From the human T2T-CHM13v2.0 reference genome, Homo sapiens, in NCBI RefSeq assembly GCF_009914755.1, contig NC_060936.1: a stretch of DNA of 64,000 nucleotides, one strand, 5' to 3'. Position 1 is the first letter of the stretch. Every line of letters begins with the position of its first letter. This document shows positions 26,905-39,470 of the stretch, piece by piece. Both the position numbers and the translations under genes were made by a program. A model generated the notes under the pieces. That model was not told the origin of the DNA. It ran no database searches and saw nothing but the letters and a program-made list of their open reading frames with translations.

Positions 26905-28217
26905 TGTGTTAGGGGTCCCCAAAGGCACCCTTAGGCTTGGTTCTAGAAGTACTCACAGAATACGGGACAGCTATTATGATTATAGTTTATTACAGCCATC
27001 AGAGAAATGCAAATCAAAACCACAATGAGATACCATCTCACACCAGTTAGGATGGCAATCATTAAAAAGTCAGGTGCTGGAGAGGATGTGGAGAAATAGG
27101 AACACTTTTACACTGTTGGTGGGACTGTAAACTAGTTCAACCATTGTGGAAGTCAGTGTGGCAATTCCTTATGGATCTAGAACTAGAAATACCATTTGAC
27201 CCAGGCATCCCATTACTGGGTATATACCCAAAGGATTATAAAACATGCTGCTATAAAGACACATGCACACGTATGTTTATTGTGGCACTATTCACAATAC
27301 CAAAGACTTGGAACCAACCCAAATGTCCAACAACGATAGACTGGATTAAGAAAATGTGGCACATATACACCATAGAATACCATGCAGCCATAAAAAATGA
27401 TGAGTTCATGTCCTTTGTAGGGACATAGATGAAGCTGGAAACCATCATTCTCAGCAAACTATCGCAAGGACAAAAAACCAAACACCACATGTTCTCACTC
27501 ATAGGTGGGAATTGAACAATGAGAACACATGGACATAGGAAGGGGAACATCACACACTGGGGCCTGTTGTGGGGTGGGGGGATGGGGGAGGGATAGCATT
27601 AGGAGATATATCTAATGTTAAATGATGAGTTAATGGGTGCAGCACACCAACATGGCACATGTATACATATGTAACAAACCTGCACATTGTGCACATGTAC
27701 CCTAAAACTTAAAGTATAATACAAAAAAATCAGAAAAGGGAAAAGGTGCACAGAATGAACTCTAGGAGAAATCAGATATAAGTGTTGAGATAGCTCTTCC
27801 CATTGGAGTCATATGGGAGTGAACTTAATTTTCCCACCAATGATGCAAAGTTTTGCCTTCTAAGAAAGCTCACCCAAGCTTTGGTATCCAAGGTTTTTAT
27901 TGGGGGTCAGTCACATAGGCATTAACCACTTGCCTAACTGACTTCAGCTACTCAGACTCCAGTCTCCACCCTCAACACCAGGAAAAAGAGATATTTATCT
28001 TAAATCACATTACTAGGATGCACTCATCAGGTCAAACTGATACAGTATGCCTCCAGGTCTCCAGTATACAGAAAACTCTCTTATCAAGCAGAGTATTACA
28101 AGGACTCAGAGGTGATTCCTTAGCAGACAATCAAGAGGTAATCTGAAGACAGGTCTTTCTTTGAAATGTGCAGAGTTTGAGCAACCTAGGCCTGCTGAGT
28201 TAATCGTTTCCTGCCTA
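26905..28217 (-). mobile_element. MER21C-like LTR (ERVL), split by an L1PA fragment
   Basis: TGTTAGGGGTCCCCAAAG...GTTTATTACAGC | L1 | AAATCAGAAAAGGGAAAAGGTGCAC...GAGTTTGAGCAACCTAGGCCTGCTGAGTTAA. Confidence 0.8.
26994..27722 (+). mobile_element. 5'-truncated L1PA4/5-like 3' fragment
   Basis: GCCATCAGAGAAATGCAAATC ... GTACCCTAAAACTTAAAGTATAAT; ORF 27144-27428 is the ORF2 C-terminus. Confidence 0.93.
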
Positions 28218-28366
28218 GTAACCGATCCAGTATTCTGTACTACATTTAGTGGTCATGTATATTTAGTCTTTTTAATCTAGAAGAGTTCTCCAGTTTTTAT
28301 TTCATTTTGAAGGGCAACACCAACCTTGGTGACCTAATGGATTATCATGTAAGCTTCTAATAATAA

Positions 28367-28413
28367 GTGTGAATCCCTTGAATAATGGTGATCATTATTC
28401 AAGGGATTCACAC
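28367..28413. repeat. Perfect inverted repeat, 21-bp arms, 5-nt spacer
   Basis: GTGTGAATCCCTTGAATAATG-GTGAT-CATTATTCAAGGGATTCACAC. Confidence 0.97.
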
Positions 28414-28419
28414 AGTTAC

Positions 28420-28860
28420 AGAGTTCCATCCCCTTTAATTTGAGCTGGCCCCATTATTCAATTTAAACAAAATACTTTGGTGGAAAGGACAATGTGCAAG
28501 TTTCATGCCCAGGCATTAAGATGCTCTGCAGCCTCTACCATTTTGTTCTCAGGAGCCCCAAAACACCATGTAAGAAGTCTGGCTACACTACTGAGGAGCC
28601 TATGTAGAAAGACTAGGTGGAGTGGAAGAGTTCCGAAGGTTAACTAGAGCAGAGAGGTCCAGCCATCCATGTTGCAGCTGAGTGGAACTCCTTCCTAGAA
28701 GACCTGCCAGTTGAACCCAGCCTGTACAAGAAAGCTGGAGAACAAGAATACCCAGCTGAGCCATTCCTGATGACAGAATTGTGAGAAAATACAGAAGTTG
28801 TAAATTTGAGCCCATGGGTTTTGGGGAGGTTTAAAAATACATCAATAGATAACCTAAATA
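28420..28860 (+). mobile_element. MLT1 (G/H-like) LTR
   Basis: CACCATGTAAGAAGTCTGGCTAC...CCCAGCTGAGCC...ACAGAATTGTGAGAAAATA...ATAGATAACC. Confidence 0.75.
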
Positions 28861-28981
28861 GTTTCCTTGAGATAATGGCTCTTGAGGTAACCAAAAAGGA
28901 AAAATAGTAGTTTTCATATATATAAGATTATGGTAGTAGTGAAGTAAACAATATTCAAAGGAGTACATAAAAAAGTTTTGA

Positions 28982-29257
28982 GGCCAGGTGCAGTGGCTCG
29001 TGCCTGTAATCCCTGCACTTTGGGAGGCCGAGGCAGGCAGATCACAAGGTCAGGAGATCGAGACCGTCCTGTGAATGGTGAAACTCCGTCTCTACTAAAA
29101 ATACAAAAAATTTGCCAGGTGTGGTGGTGGGTGCCTTTAGTCCCAGCTACTTGGGAGGCTGAGGCGGGAGAATGGCGTGAACTTGGGAGGTGGAGCTTGC
29201 AGTGCGCCACTGCACTCCAGCCTGGGCAACAGAGCCAGACTCCGTCTCAAAAAAAAA
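28982..29257 (+). mobile_element. AluY-like with two internal deletions
   Basis: GAATGGCGTGAAC...GGAGCTTGCAGTG|CGCCACTGC; GAGACCGTCCTGTGAATGGTG; TSD AAAAAAGTTTTGA on both sides. Confidence 0.9.
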
Positions 29258-30357
29258 AAAAAAGTTTTGAATACTTCTGGTGCATAAATTGAGAAAAAGG
29301 TGACTCAAAATGAACCTGGAAAATAAACCAATGGTTGAATTATAAACAGCCTTATACACCATGATATGGACTTCAATTGTATGAGTTTTTATTGAACTGT
29401 CTTTATAAAACAGTGCATCAGAACTGCATTTTAGAAAAACCACTTTGAAACATCTGTGGTAGATAGGACAAGTACGGAATCAGAGAAGTTAAAATAGCAG
29501 CTATTGGGTAATGGCCCAGATGAAACCCTGCACAAAATGTGGGAGAAATAGTCAATGTGAGCTTCTTATTGGCTGCACCTTAAATACACCAGCCTATTAC
29601 TTCTGAATGTTATTTCTCATATTCCATATCTGTTACAATTGTTCTGTTTCTTCTAAATCTAGATATCTCTGTTCTCCTTAAAAAATAAACTAATTTGTGT
29701 ATCTATAATTATATCTTTTCTTGCCTGAGAAATTTATTTATTTATATATATATTTTTATTACACTTTATCTTACACTTTACAGAATATATTATTGCTAGT
29801 TGTTTGCAACTTTTATTGCTGTGGCTATAAGTCTTTAGATGGCAGGGTAGACTTATCACTTAACCATTAAGCTATTTAGACCTAACAAAGTGCTTTGAGT
29901 ACAGAAAAGTTGTAAAAATTTTATATTTCCTAGAGAATTTTTTAAATAGGTAATTTTTTTCTGTTTTCAGTAATGTTAGACTAGGTTATTCAGAAAAAAA
30001 AGATACTTAGTAAAGGCAGATATAACTCCTACCTAGAAAAAATTGACATAATCTTAGGCTTTAAATTATTTATATAAATAATGTAAATGCAATGTCTACC
30101 ACACAATAAAAAATGATGTGGAGCACAAGGAATAAAGATAATATGAATGAAAAACAGAAAATAAGATGAATAAAAATATACAATTAAAATAAATCCAGAA
30201 GGGTGGATACTAGTGTTGTTAGACATAAATTGTAAATAATTATCTAAACAACATCCAAAGAGATAAAAAGAATAATAAATAAGAATATGAGAATTGGAGC
30301 ACAGAATTAGAAACAAAGGCAATGTTAGATCCTAGGCTTTAAAAATATATTAAATTT

Positions 30358-30652
<295 letters not shown>

Positions 30653-30658
30653 CCCAAC

Positions 30659-30661
30659 TAT

Positions 30662-30713
<52 letters not shown>
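30659..30713. repeat. (TACA)n(TA)n microsatellite
   Basis: Visible directly after the Alu tail. Confidence 0.95.
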
Positions 30714-30716
<3 letters not shown>

Positions 30717-30916
30717 TGAAGCTAGGGGTACACCAGAAGATTAGAAACAGATGAAGTGCAAGGGATCAAATGGGATAATAGGTCAGAAGGAAATATCTAA
30801 AATGAAGCATTACGAGACAAAAAGATGAATAATAGAGAAGAGTGGCTAAGATACCTAAAGTATACTGTAAGAATGTCTAATATACATATAAATAGAGTCC
30901 TCCGAAAACGTGAGGC

Positions 30917-31284
30917 TGTTAATAAACAATATGTGAAACAATAAGGTCAAAGGCTAATGCTGAATAAATGAGAATTATATGTCTTTGAAATACCAGTTTG
31001 AATGAACAATTATTGGCCATCAAAGGATAAGTCATGAGGTAATGGTAGGAGAGAATAAATATTCTCAGGCCTCTGTTGCGTTCCTTCACCTCAGGTATAA
31101 GGTAAGACTCCACTGAATGAGGGTCTCATGACCTACTTTCAGGCAAAGTGGGTCAAAGAATGTCTTTATAGCCAGCTGTACAACAGAAAGGTGTGGAAGG
31201 TTACAGTGACCTTTTTGCTTCTACGGCCTTCCCAATCTCCCTCAGTTCAAAGTCCTTTGGGGTATAATTTTCTGGGCCCTGACA
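30917..31284 (-). mobile_element. MER34/MER39-group LTR remnant (ERV1)
   Basis: Reverse complement begins TGTCAGGGCCCAGAAAATTATACCCCAAAG-GACTTTGAACTGAGGGAGATTGGGAAGGCC. Confidence 0.55.
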
Positions 31285-31636
31285 ATATGATACAAGGCTC
31301 ACTACAGTTCATCCTGTGAACCTGTCTCTTAGGTCATCAGAACTGTCCTGTCAATTGTGGTCGACCCTTCTAGGTCCAACTGTGTGATAAGAGTTGAAGG
31401 ACTCAAGAATTCTCATACATTCACAGTGATGCTCAGCAGAGAGCTGGAAAGAATGCAGATAATACATGAACATTGACAGAAAATAATGATACAGTAAAAA
31501 TCCTTTGACATTTTTCTATATATAGGTGTCTGAGACTACTTTCTTCATTAAGTTAATAGGAATGCAAGAAAGCATTGCCCAGAAAAGGGAGTTATGTTTA
31601 ATTCTGGCAAGTCAAATACACCATCTTGGCAAAGGC

Positions 31637-31757
31637 TATATGTATGTGTGTGTGTATATATATACATATATATATATACACACACACATATATATACACA
31701 TATATATACACACACACATACATATGCACACGCATATATATATTTTATATATATATA
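31637..31757. repeat. Compound (TG)/(TA)/(CA) microsatellite
   Basis: Alternating purine-pyrimidine tract of ~120 bp. Confidence 0.93.
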
Positions 31758-31891
31758 AGGTGTATACTTGAACAGAACACACTTGTAACTGTCATTGTTA
31801 TTGTTGTTAAGTTGGAGCATATTCTGGATGGTGCTTATTGTTTTGCAGGTTAAAATTCATTTTAAATATCACTATTGAGAGGGTAAGTGAA

Positions 31892-32250
31892 TGATATGGT
31901 TTGGCTCTGTGTCCCCATCCAATCTCATCTTGAATTGGAATCCCCATGTGTTGAGGGAGGGACCTGGTGGGAGGTAATTGGATCATGGGGGCAGTTTCCC
32001 TCATGCTGTTCTCATGATAGGGAGTGAGTTCTCATGATGGCTTAAAAGTGTTGGACAGTACCCCTTCACACTATCTCTCCTGCCACCATGTGAAAAAGGT
32101 GCCTGCTTCCCCTTCGCCTTCTGCCATGGTTGTAAGTTTCCCATGGCCTCCCCAGCCATGCATAACTGTGAGTCAATTAAACCTCTTTTGTTTATAAATT
32201 ACCCAGTCTCAGGTAGTATCTTTATAGCAGTGTGCAGACAGACTAATACA
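31892..32250 (+). mobile_element. MSTA solo LTR (ERVL-MaLR)
   Basis: TGATATGGTTTGGCTCTGTGTCCCC...CAGACTAATACA; perfect 5-bp TSD GTGAA at 31887-31891 and 32251-32255. Confidence 0.92.
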
Positions 32251-32634
32251 GTGAAATTATTGTTTTGTTTTGATATTTGAATTTGGATCAAGTGTGCTTC
32301 TGAAATTTTTATTTCCTTTTCAATTTAATTAACCAGTCATAAAATTGAAAATAAGATAGACAACTAAAACAAAATTTATTTTTCAAAAGTAATTTAAAAA
32401 TATATAGTAGAAAGAAGATACAGCTTTAGGCTTAAACAGTATTTTCTGAGAGCATGCTATATTTAGATTTTTTAAAAAAAAATCACATTGATGTTGAATA
32501 TCTATAATAATTTGAAATCATGGAGCTTCTAGTTAGATATTCACATTCAGGATTTTCAACAAAGACAATGGCATATCAAAATCATCTAGGAAGAAATTTC
32601 ATACTATGTACCTGGACCCTCTTCCACTGAGTAA

Positions 32635-32814
32635 CAGTAATTCTCAAACTTGGCTGCACATTTTAATCAACTGGGAAGCTTTAAAAAATACTTGTACTTG
32701 GGTCCCACACCGAAAGACTTTTGTATATTTGGCCTGAGGTTCAGCTTAGACGCTAGGATTATTTTTAGTCACCCCAGGTGAATTTAACGTACTACCAAAA
32801 TTGAGAACAATTTG
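32635..32814. mobile_element. MER5B (hAT-Charlie)
   Basis: CAGTAATTCTCAAACTTGGCTGCACATT...CCCCAGGTGA...TTGAGAACAAT termini. Confidence 0.8.
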
Positions 32815-33199
32815 CTTGTCAGAACTTCTGAGAGGACAGAAGGAGGAGATTTTTATTGCCAGGTGATTGTCATATATATATCAGATTGCTTTCTTCCAAA
32901 GTGTCACTTCAGCCAGCACCACTGTGGTGATGATTCTCAAATGTATACCTAGTTCTTAAACATTCTGCTGAGCTCCAAGTAATACTTCCAAACTTTCCAC
33001 ATCTTCCCACTCCACAATCAAACCTTTTCCACTTGCTTTTCCACGTTGTAGTCACTGGGACTATCATTCTGCTGAGATTCCCATACCAGAACCCGGTAAA
33101 CTCTTTTTGAGACATTTCTCTCTTCCTCTCGCCCTTCATAAATGGGGTTCCAAGGCATTTCAGTTCTACTTTCCTAACATTTCTTGAATATATTTAGTT

Positions 33200-33762
33200 T
33201 GTGTTTCAATTATCAATTGCCATGAAACAAACCACACTGAAATCAGTGGCTCAGAGCAATCACCATATATTTGCTCACAATTCTGCAGCCTGGCAGGACT
33301 CCTCAGATACAACTCATCCTGCTTCATGTGGTATTAGCTGGGGTCTTTCACATAGTGGTATTAGTTGGGGTCTTTCATATAGATGCATTCAATTGTGAGC
33401 TCTTCTGAGGTTTAGTGTATGACATAGTCCACTCACATATCTGGCACCTCAGATGGGGTAACTAGAAAGGCTGGGAGCAGGCTGGACATCTCTCTCCACA
33501 TCATCTCTCCAGCAGGGTAGCAGGACCACTTTACGTGGTGGCTCAGGATTCCAAGAACACAAAAGGAGCTGTCAGTTCGCTTAAGGCCTAGAACTAAACT
33601 GAGATAGTGTCACTTATATCACATTTTGTTGATTAAAAAAAAGTCACAATGCAACCTTAGATTAAAGGAGGGGAAAGCGACACCACCATTGATGGGAGGA
33701 GACATATGTGTGTAAAAAGAAAGAAAGAATTTGGGGGCACCATTTGGAAGACAATCTACCAT
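33200..33762 (-). mobile_element. MLT1 (H/I-like) LTR inserted in L2 sequence
   Basis: AACAAACCACACTGAAATCAGTGGCT...TTTGCTCACAATTCTGCAG...TTGGAAGACAATCTACCA; contains a 27-bp tandem duplication at ~33329-33382. Confidence 0.72.
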
Positions 33763-35944
33763 GCTTCATTTCCACTATTTTGTTTAAGCAATCACACTAT
33801 CTCTTCTTTCATCAATGGGCTTGTGTTTCTTCTACAAAGGAATCTCTATCTTAAAAGCAAGTTGATTGTACTAAAATATTACTTAAAAAAATCTCAATAT
33901 TTGGACTTTCCTTAGTTGTCTAAACTCATCTCTTGACCTTCTTTTCTCACTATTTGCTCCAATAACAGAGTCACCTTTTAATTTCCCACATCATCTTTTC
34001 TCTTTAAATCTTGCCTGTTTGTAAGCTCTTTTCTCTGGGTAAATGCTGTCACTACTTTACTTGGCTATGTCATTTTTCCCATTCAGGATTTAGTTTTGCT
34101 CCATCAAAACTAATCCTTTACAGCAATATAATATATTTCCACCTCCAAACTCTGCTATCTCAGAAAAATCTTCATATGTCAATAGTAGCACTTGCAACTC
34201 GGCACTGCAATTGTATGCTTTTCCATAACTTTCAATTCATGAGCTTTGCATGAAAAGTTAAAAGAATTTTAATACAAGCATCATTATGTTTCTACACAGT
34301 GTCTTTAATTTTGCCACTTTGGATTTGGCCCTTAATTTGAAGTACCAAATAACAATATCATAACTGAGATTAAAGAAAACTATAAACTCTTATAATTATC
34401 TTTCCTGTCTTTCTTTTTCAATTATTCATTTCTTTGTACTTTTCCTCTGTAATCTCAGATATTTCTCGACTCAGACAAGTTCCTAGCAGCAGCTGTTTTC
34501 TTTCAATTTTAAACCATAAGATTTAAAAATTATTTCCGGTTACATACTGTCTTCTGCTACAATTTTTATTTTATTGATGGCTCCTTAAGCATCTCTTCAG
34601 TTTTCCAGAGTGGTCAGTATGTGATTTGATTTCTTATATTGGATTTCTTCCTTCAAGTTGTTAGATCTCCTTAAATAAATAATTTTGTAACCTATTCGTG
34701 GGTGTATACATATGTGGGTTCATCAACAAGTGTTCAGGCCTGATTGCTGGGGTCTCTTTTTTAATAGTAATTCTACAACCAATGGAAAAAAATAGCAATC
34801 TTTGTTTAAAAGACCAACATATAATGATAAAAAGATGGGGATCCACTCCCTGTGACATGAAATGCATGAATTGACAACCTAAAACCTTTTCTGAGACAAG
34901 TAAGAGGCCAGATAAAAATGGGAGAGGACCTCCCTAACTGCAGGACAAAATTTGGTTCAACCCAGTAATGTTTTGCAACTCCACAGTTCTTCTCCAGGGC
35001 TAGGAAAATCATACATATTCCCAAAGGATAGATTGAGCATGTTGGGAAATACACCCTTCCTCACCGTGCTCTTCAGGTTGCAAAACCATCCACTAGCCAA
35101 ACCTGTATGATAGCTCCAAAAACTGCAGTCATTGCTTTAGATACTCTCCATAAAGTACAGACAACAAAGTACTTCCATCATCTTCTTCCAAGAAATCACA
35201 ACTTCCACTTTACATGCAATACCAGCAAATTTATTTTGTTTGTTGAGTCCTTCTAGCAAAGAATTGAGAATGACGGTGAAACTGATTTTCTCTGGGATTC
35301 TAACTTCTCATAATTCCTGTAGGCATATTGTAAGCTATAGGTGCACAGTAAATGAACTGTGGCATACAACTGAAGTAGCCTTAGATATTTTAATAAATAT
35401 GTAAGTTTGCATAGAAAAATATTTTTTGATGTATCCTTTCCAAATTATACTTAATTATTATTCTTAGGTCTTTTAAATCAGAAATTTATACCACTATAAT
35501 AACAAGTAAAGCAATTAAACCTCTCCTATAATATTGACAAAATTCATTTTAATGTCTGTTAGTAATCATAAGATAATTCTCTGCTACCCTTAATGTGTGC
35601 TTTAGTTAACAACAGAAGTTGGATGCACAGTGGTGGATAAGAAGTCGCAATTCTCTAGGTCTTTCTTTAAATGTAAATTCTTTGCAAATAAAAGCAGTGG
35701 GGGAAAAAGTTATTTCAGTGGTACTATACAATAAAGTTCTCAGCTTTTATAAAAGAGACAAAGGAAAAATATATCTCTGCACTTATTTTCTTTTGGTACA
35801 AAAATGGTAGCATAGCAATTTAGAGAATAAAGTGGGTATTAAAATAATTTGTGGTTAAAAATGATTAACTGGGAAAATAACTTTAGAAGACATTCAGCTT
35901 GTATTTATTATAAAAAATGAGGCAACCAGGCATAACTTTTAAGA

Positions 35945-36160
35945 ACACAGCCTTTGAAGCACTACACCTGGGTTTGAATCCTGGCTCTGTTTGCTTGCTA
36001 GAAGCATTACCTCAGAAAGTCCCTTAAACTCTTGGTGAATTAGCCTGTTTCTTTCTCTAAAATATAAATGAGTACCTATCTTGTAAGTCGTTTGAGGCTT
36101 GAATGGCTTAATATTTGGAAAATGCTTAAAATGGTGCGTCGCACATGGAAAGCACTGTAA
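35945..36160 (+). mobile_element. MIR
   Basis: ACCTGGGTTTGAATCCTGGCTCTG (tRNA-derived B-box) followed by a core-like region. Confidence 0.7.
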
Positions 36161-37164
36161 AAGAATTCATTTTCCCTTCACTGTCACATTTCCATGATTC
36201 ACTGGACGTGTGATCATTGTTTCTTAAATGCCTAGAACAACGCACATAGTAGTTATTCAATAAATGGCGTTAACTAAATGAATGAAAATGCAACATAAAT
36301 CTTCCTACTTTCAATGCATATAAAAAGATGATAATGACAGCATTTTTTCTGCATCTATTTTATCATTATGGAAACCACTTATTCAGAGCTTTTCAGGGAC
36401 TTGGCCCTATCATAATAGAATCACTTACTAATACACTAATATCTACGTCCAAAGTAATGTATTATGAACAACTTCAAATAAAATACCCTTGTAATGAAAG
36501 ATTATTCCATTAACATTATGCCTAAATCACTAGTTTCATGTTTTAGTATGAATATCCATTTTCAAATCCTCTATTATTGATTGCAAAGATTTGTATTAAA
36601 ATGTTACAGAAAAGACCACATTGAGAAATAATCACCTGCATCTATTAATGTATCTTGTATTAAAAGTTATAAGTATATTGTTATTTATTATATAAAAAAT
36701 AACTTGTCATATTTCTTAACATCTCAACTGTTCATTAAGGTATCGTTTTAGATTTGATAACATATTTTGAAGCATATTTTAAATATTTATAATTTTCTAA
36801 GCATGTTTACATATTTTTCATTGCAAACCTGTGATAAGATACAAAATACATAAAGAAAAAAATAAACAACTATAATCTCTCACTTCAATCAATTTCGAAT
36901 GTTTATAATCATATTTTTATAGCACAGAGATTATCCTGTATCTTCGGTTTTAAAGACAACAAAAATAAACTTTTAAAACAATTAGAAAATTTAAAAAGTC
37001 CAGAGAATCACCAAAAAGAAAACCATGGTTATTCAGAATTCAATAACTCCAAAATTCTTTTACAGATTTGGGTTTTGACTTTTTTTTTTTTTTGACATTC
37101 AATCAAGACTATTATTTTGATCTCTATGTGGGCAAATATAAAGGTTATTTAAAAGTAGATGATT

Positions 37165-37604
<440 letters not shown>

Positions 37605-37802
37605 TTACAAACGAATGAACAATGTTAGTAGTCAAAATAGTTTTATATATTGTCTAAGCATCCAAATAAATAAAATGTATGTATAATATATTCTTTTCTG
37701 TAATGTGATACAATTCATCTAGTCTATGTAAAAGTATTAGTTATACTAAATGAGAATAAAACTCACAATGTTTTAAATAAAAAAACAAACAAACCCTAAG
37801 AT

Positions 37803-38308
37803 TGTCAACTGCAGGTTCTCCAAAAGACCACGAAAAGAAAAAAGAAAAAATCTCACAACTGTTGATTTAGCAAAGCCTAGTTTATTACTACAATAAGGGA
37901 GAACACCACCTTGACTAAATCTTAGCCATGTCTCAGAAGGCTTTAAGGGTCTGGATTGGGGTGGTTTAAGGAAGCTAATTCAATGTAAGAGTCTGCTCTG
38001 GATTGGGCAAAGTCCTTGATATGATATTTATAGATTGGTGAACACACCAAGTCAGGGTTCTTTGAGACACTTTTGGGAATTGAATCAATGTTTGATATGG
38101 GTACAGCTTTGTGCCTTTGTTCTGAAAGGAAGCTGTTTAACTCAGATGAACAAGCTATTGTGTTGAGAAAGCTATCGTTTGAAGCTAGTGGTGAGGTTAT
38201 TTACTGGTTTATAGCCTTATTTTAGTGAGCAAGAATTTCCAACTGATGAAGAAGTCATAGTTCCTGGGTCTGGCAATCAAGCTCTGGAGGACAACCATTT
38301 CAGTCTCA
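37803..38308 (-). mobile_element. Old ERV1-type solo LTR (MER110/MER90-like)
   Basis: TG...CA ends; antisense AATAAA (GTTTATT) followed by GGGAGAACACCACCTTGAC. Subfamily uncertain. Confidence 0.5.
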
Positions 38309-39306
38309 TGGTGATAATTCCAACTCACATACTCTAATTAACAAAAGAGCAAAAATTGTTGTCTTTATCATTTTGTGAAATGTCAGGAAGAGAACTAAAA
38401 GGATTGATATTTGATAACTGTAATGTTATCAGTGGTAGTTAAATATGACTTCTAAAGCATAACTTTTATTCTTATTTTGAATTCATCTGTTCAACCGTGT
38501 GTATTTTTAGGGAGTATCAAATAAGCATTATTTAGTGATTATTACCAAATAATAAATGAAACAAGAAATCTTTGTGAAAAGCCTGTGAAAATATTGAGGC
38601 TCTCTGTCGGCTTGGAAGGGTGAATGAATTGTGTGGTACTTCCTAAATTAGAAGAGAGTTTACATAGCTAGCTAGTGGAGATGTAGGAGCAGTATATTTA
38701 AATTTCATGTATTATTGGCCTCATATATCAACAGTTAAAATGCATTGTGTTTTGAGATATAAGCTAGTATAAAGAAGTTAAGACTGAGCATGCTGAAAAT
38801 TTTAATGCAATTAATTCTACCAATAACCTAATATGATTTTGACAGACTTGGAAATGATGTATATTCAATATGGTGAGCAAGTCAGGAAATTTCAACAAAA
38901 ACAATATTAAGTTGTAAATAATGCAACCTTTATTGTCACACATATATCCATCCTATCTTCCACATTATAGGAAAAAATATTCAAAGAGCAGGTCATCAAC
39001 TGAATGTTTAGCCATATTTGTAACCAACTTTTCAAAGACATATAGATTAGCTTCAAAAGCAAAACAAAAATCATCAGTTTTTTTGATTAGTGCACCAAAA
39101 TATATGATCAGTCATAACTAAATTGAGACTTTTGCTTCTATTTCTGCTATCATGTGAATTTTTTCAAAATGCAAGGAGTTTGATTATTTAATTGCCATAA
39201 CATTTTACTATGTTTAAACAGTGTGATACATTGAAATGAACATTTCTTTCCTCAAATAGACTGCCAGAAATCAGAAACATAAAGTGGCTTTGAGGATCAT
39301 TTAGTC

Positions 39307-39470
39307 CAGTGGTTCTCAAAATGTGGTCATCATCAGAATTGCCTGGGGAGTGAAGTGCTTTTTCCAGACCTTTGCATCATAGATTCTGATTCAGCAGGTC
39401 TGTGATATGGCACAAAAACAAAGTTTGTTTTAAGGGTTTCAGGTGGTTTGATGATAAGTCACATTTGGAA
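39307..39470. mobile_element. MER5A
   Basis: CAGTGGTTCTCAAAATGTGGTC...CATCAGAAT...GATTCTGATTCAGCAGGTCTG...CAGGTG. Confidence 0.75.

Noticed and set aside
31526-31853. Overlapping His/Ile/Tyr/Cys-rich ORFs
   Set aside because: Translations of the (TA)/(CA) microsatellite.
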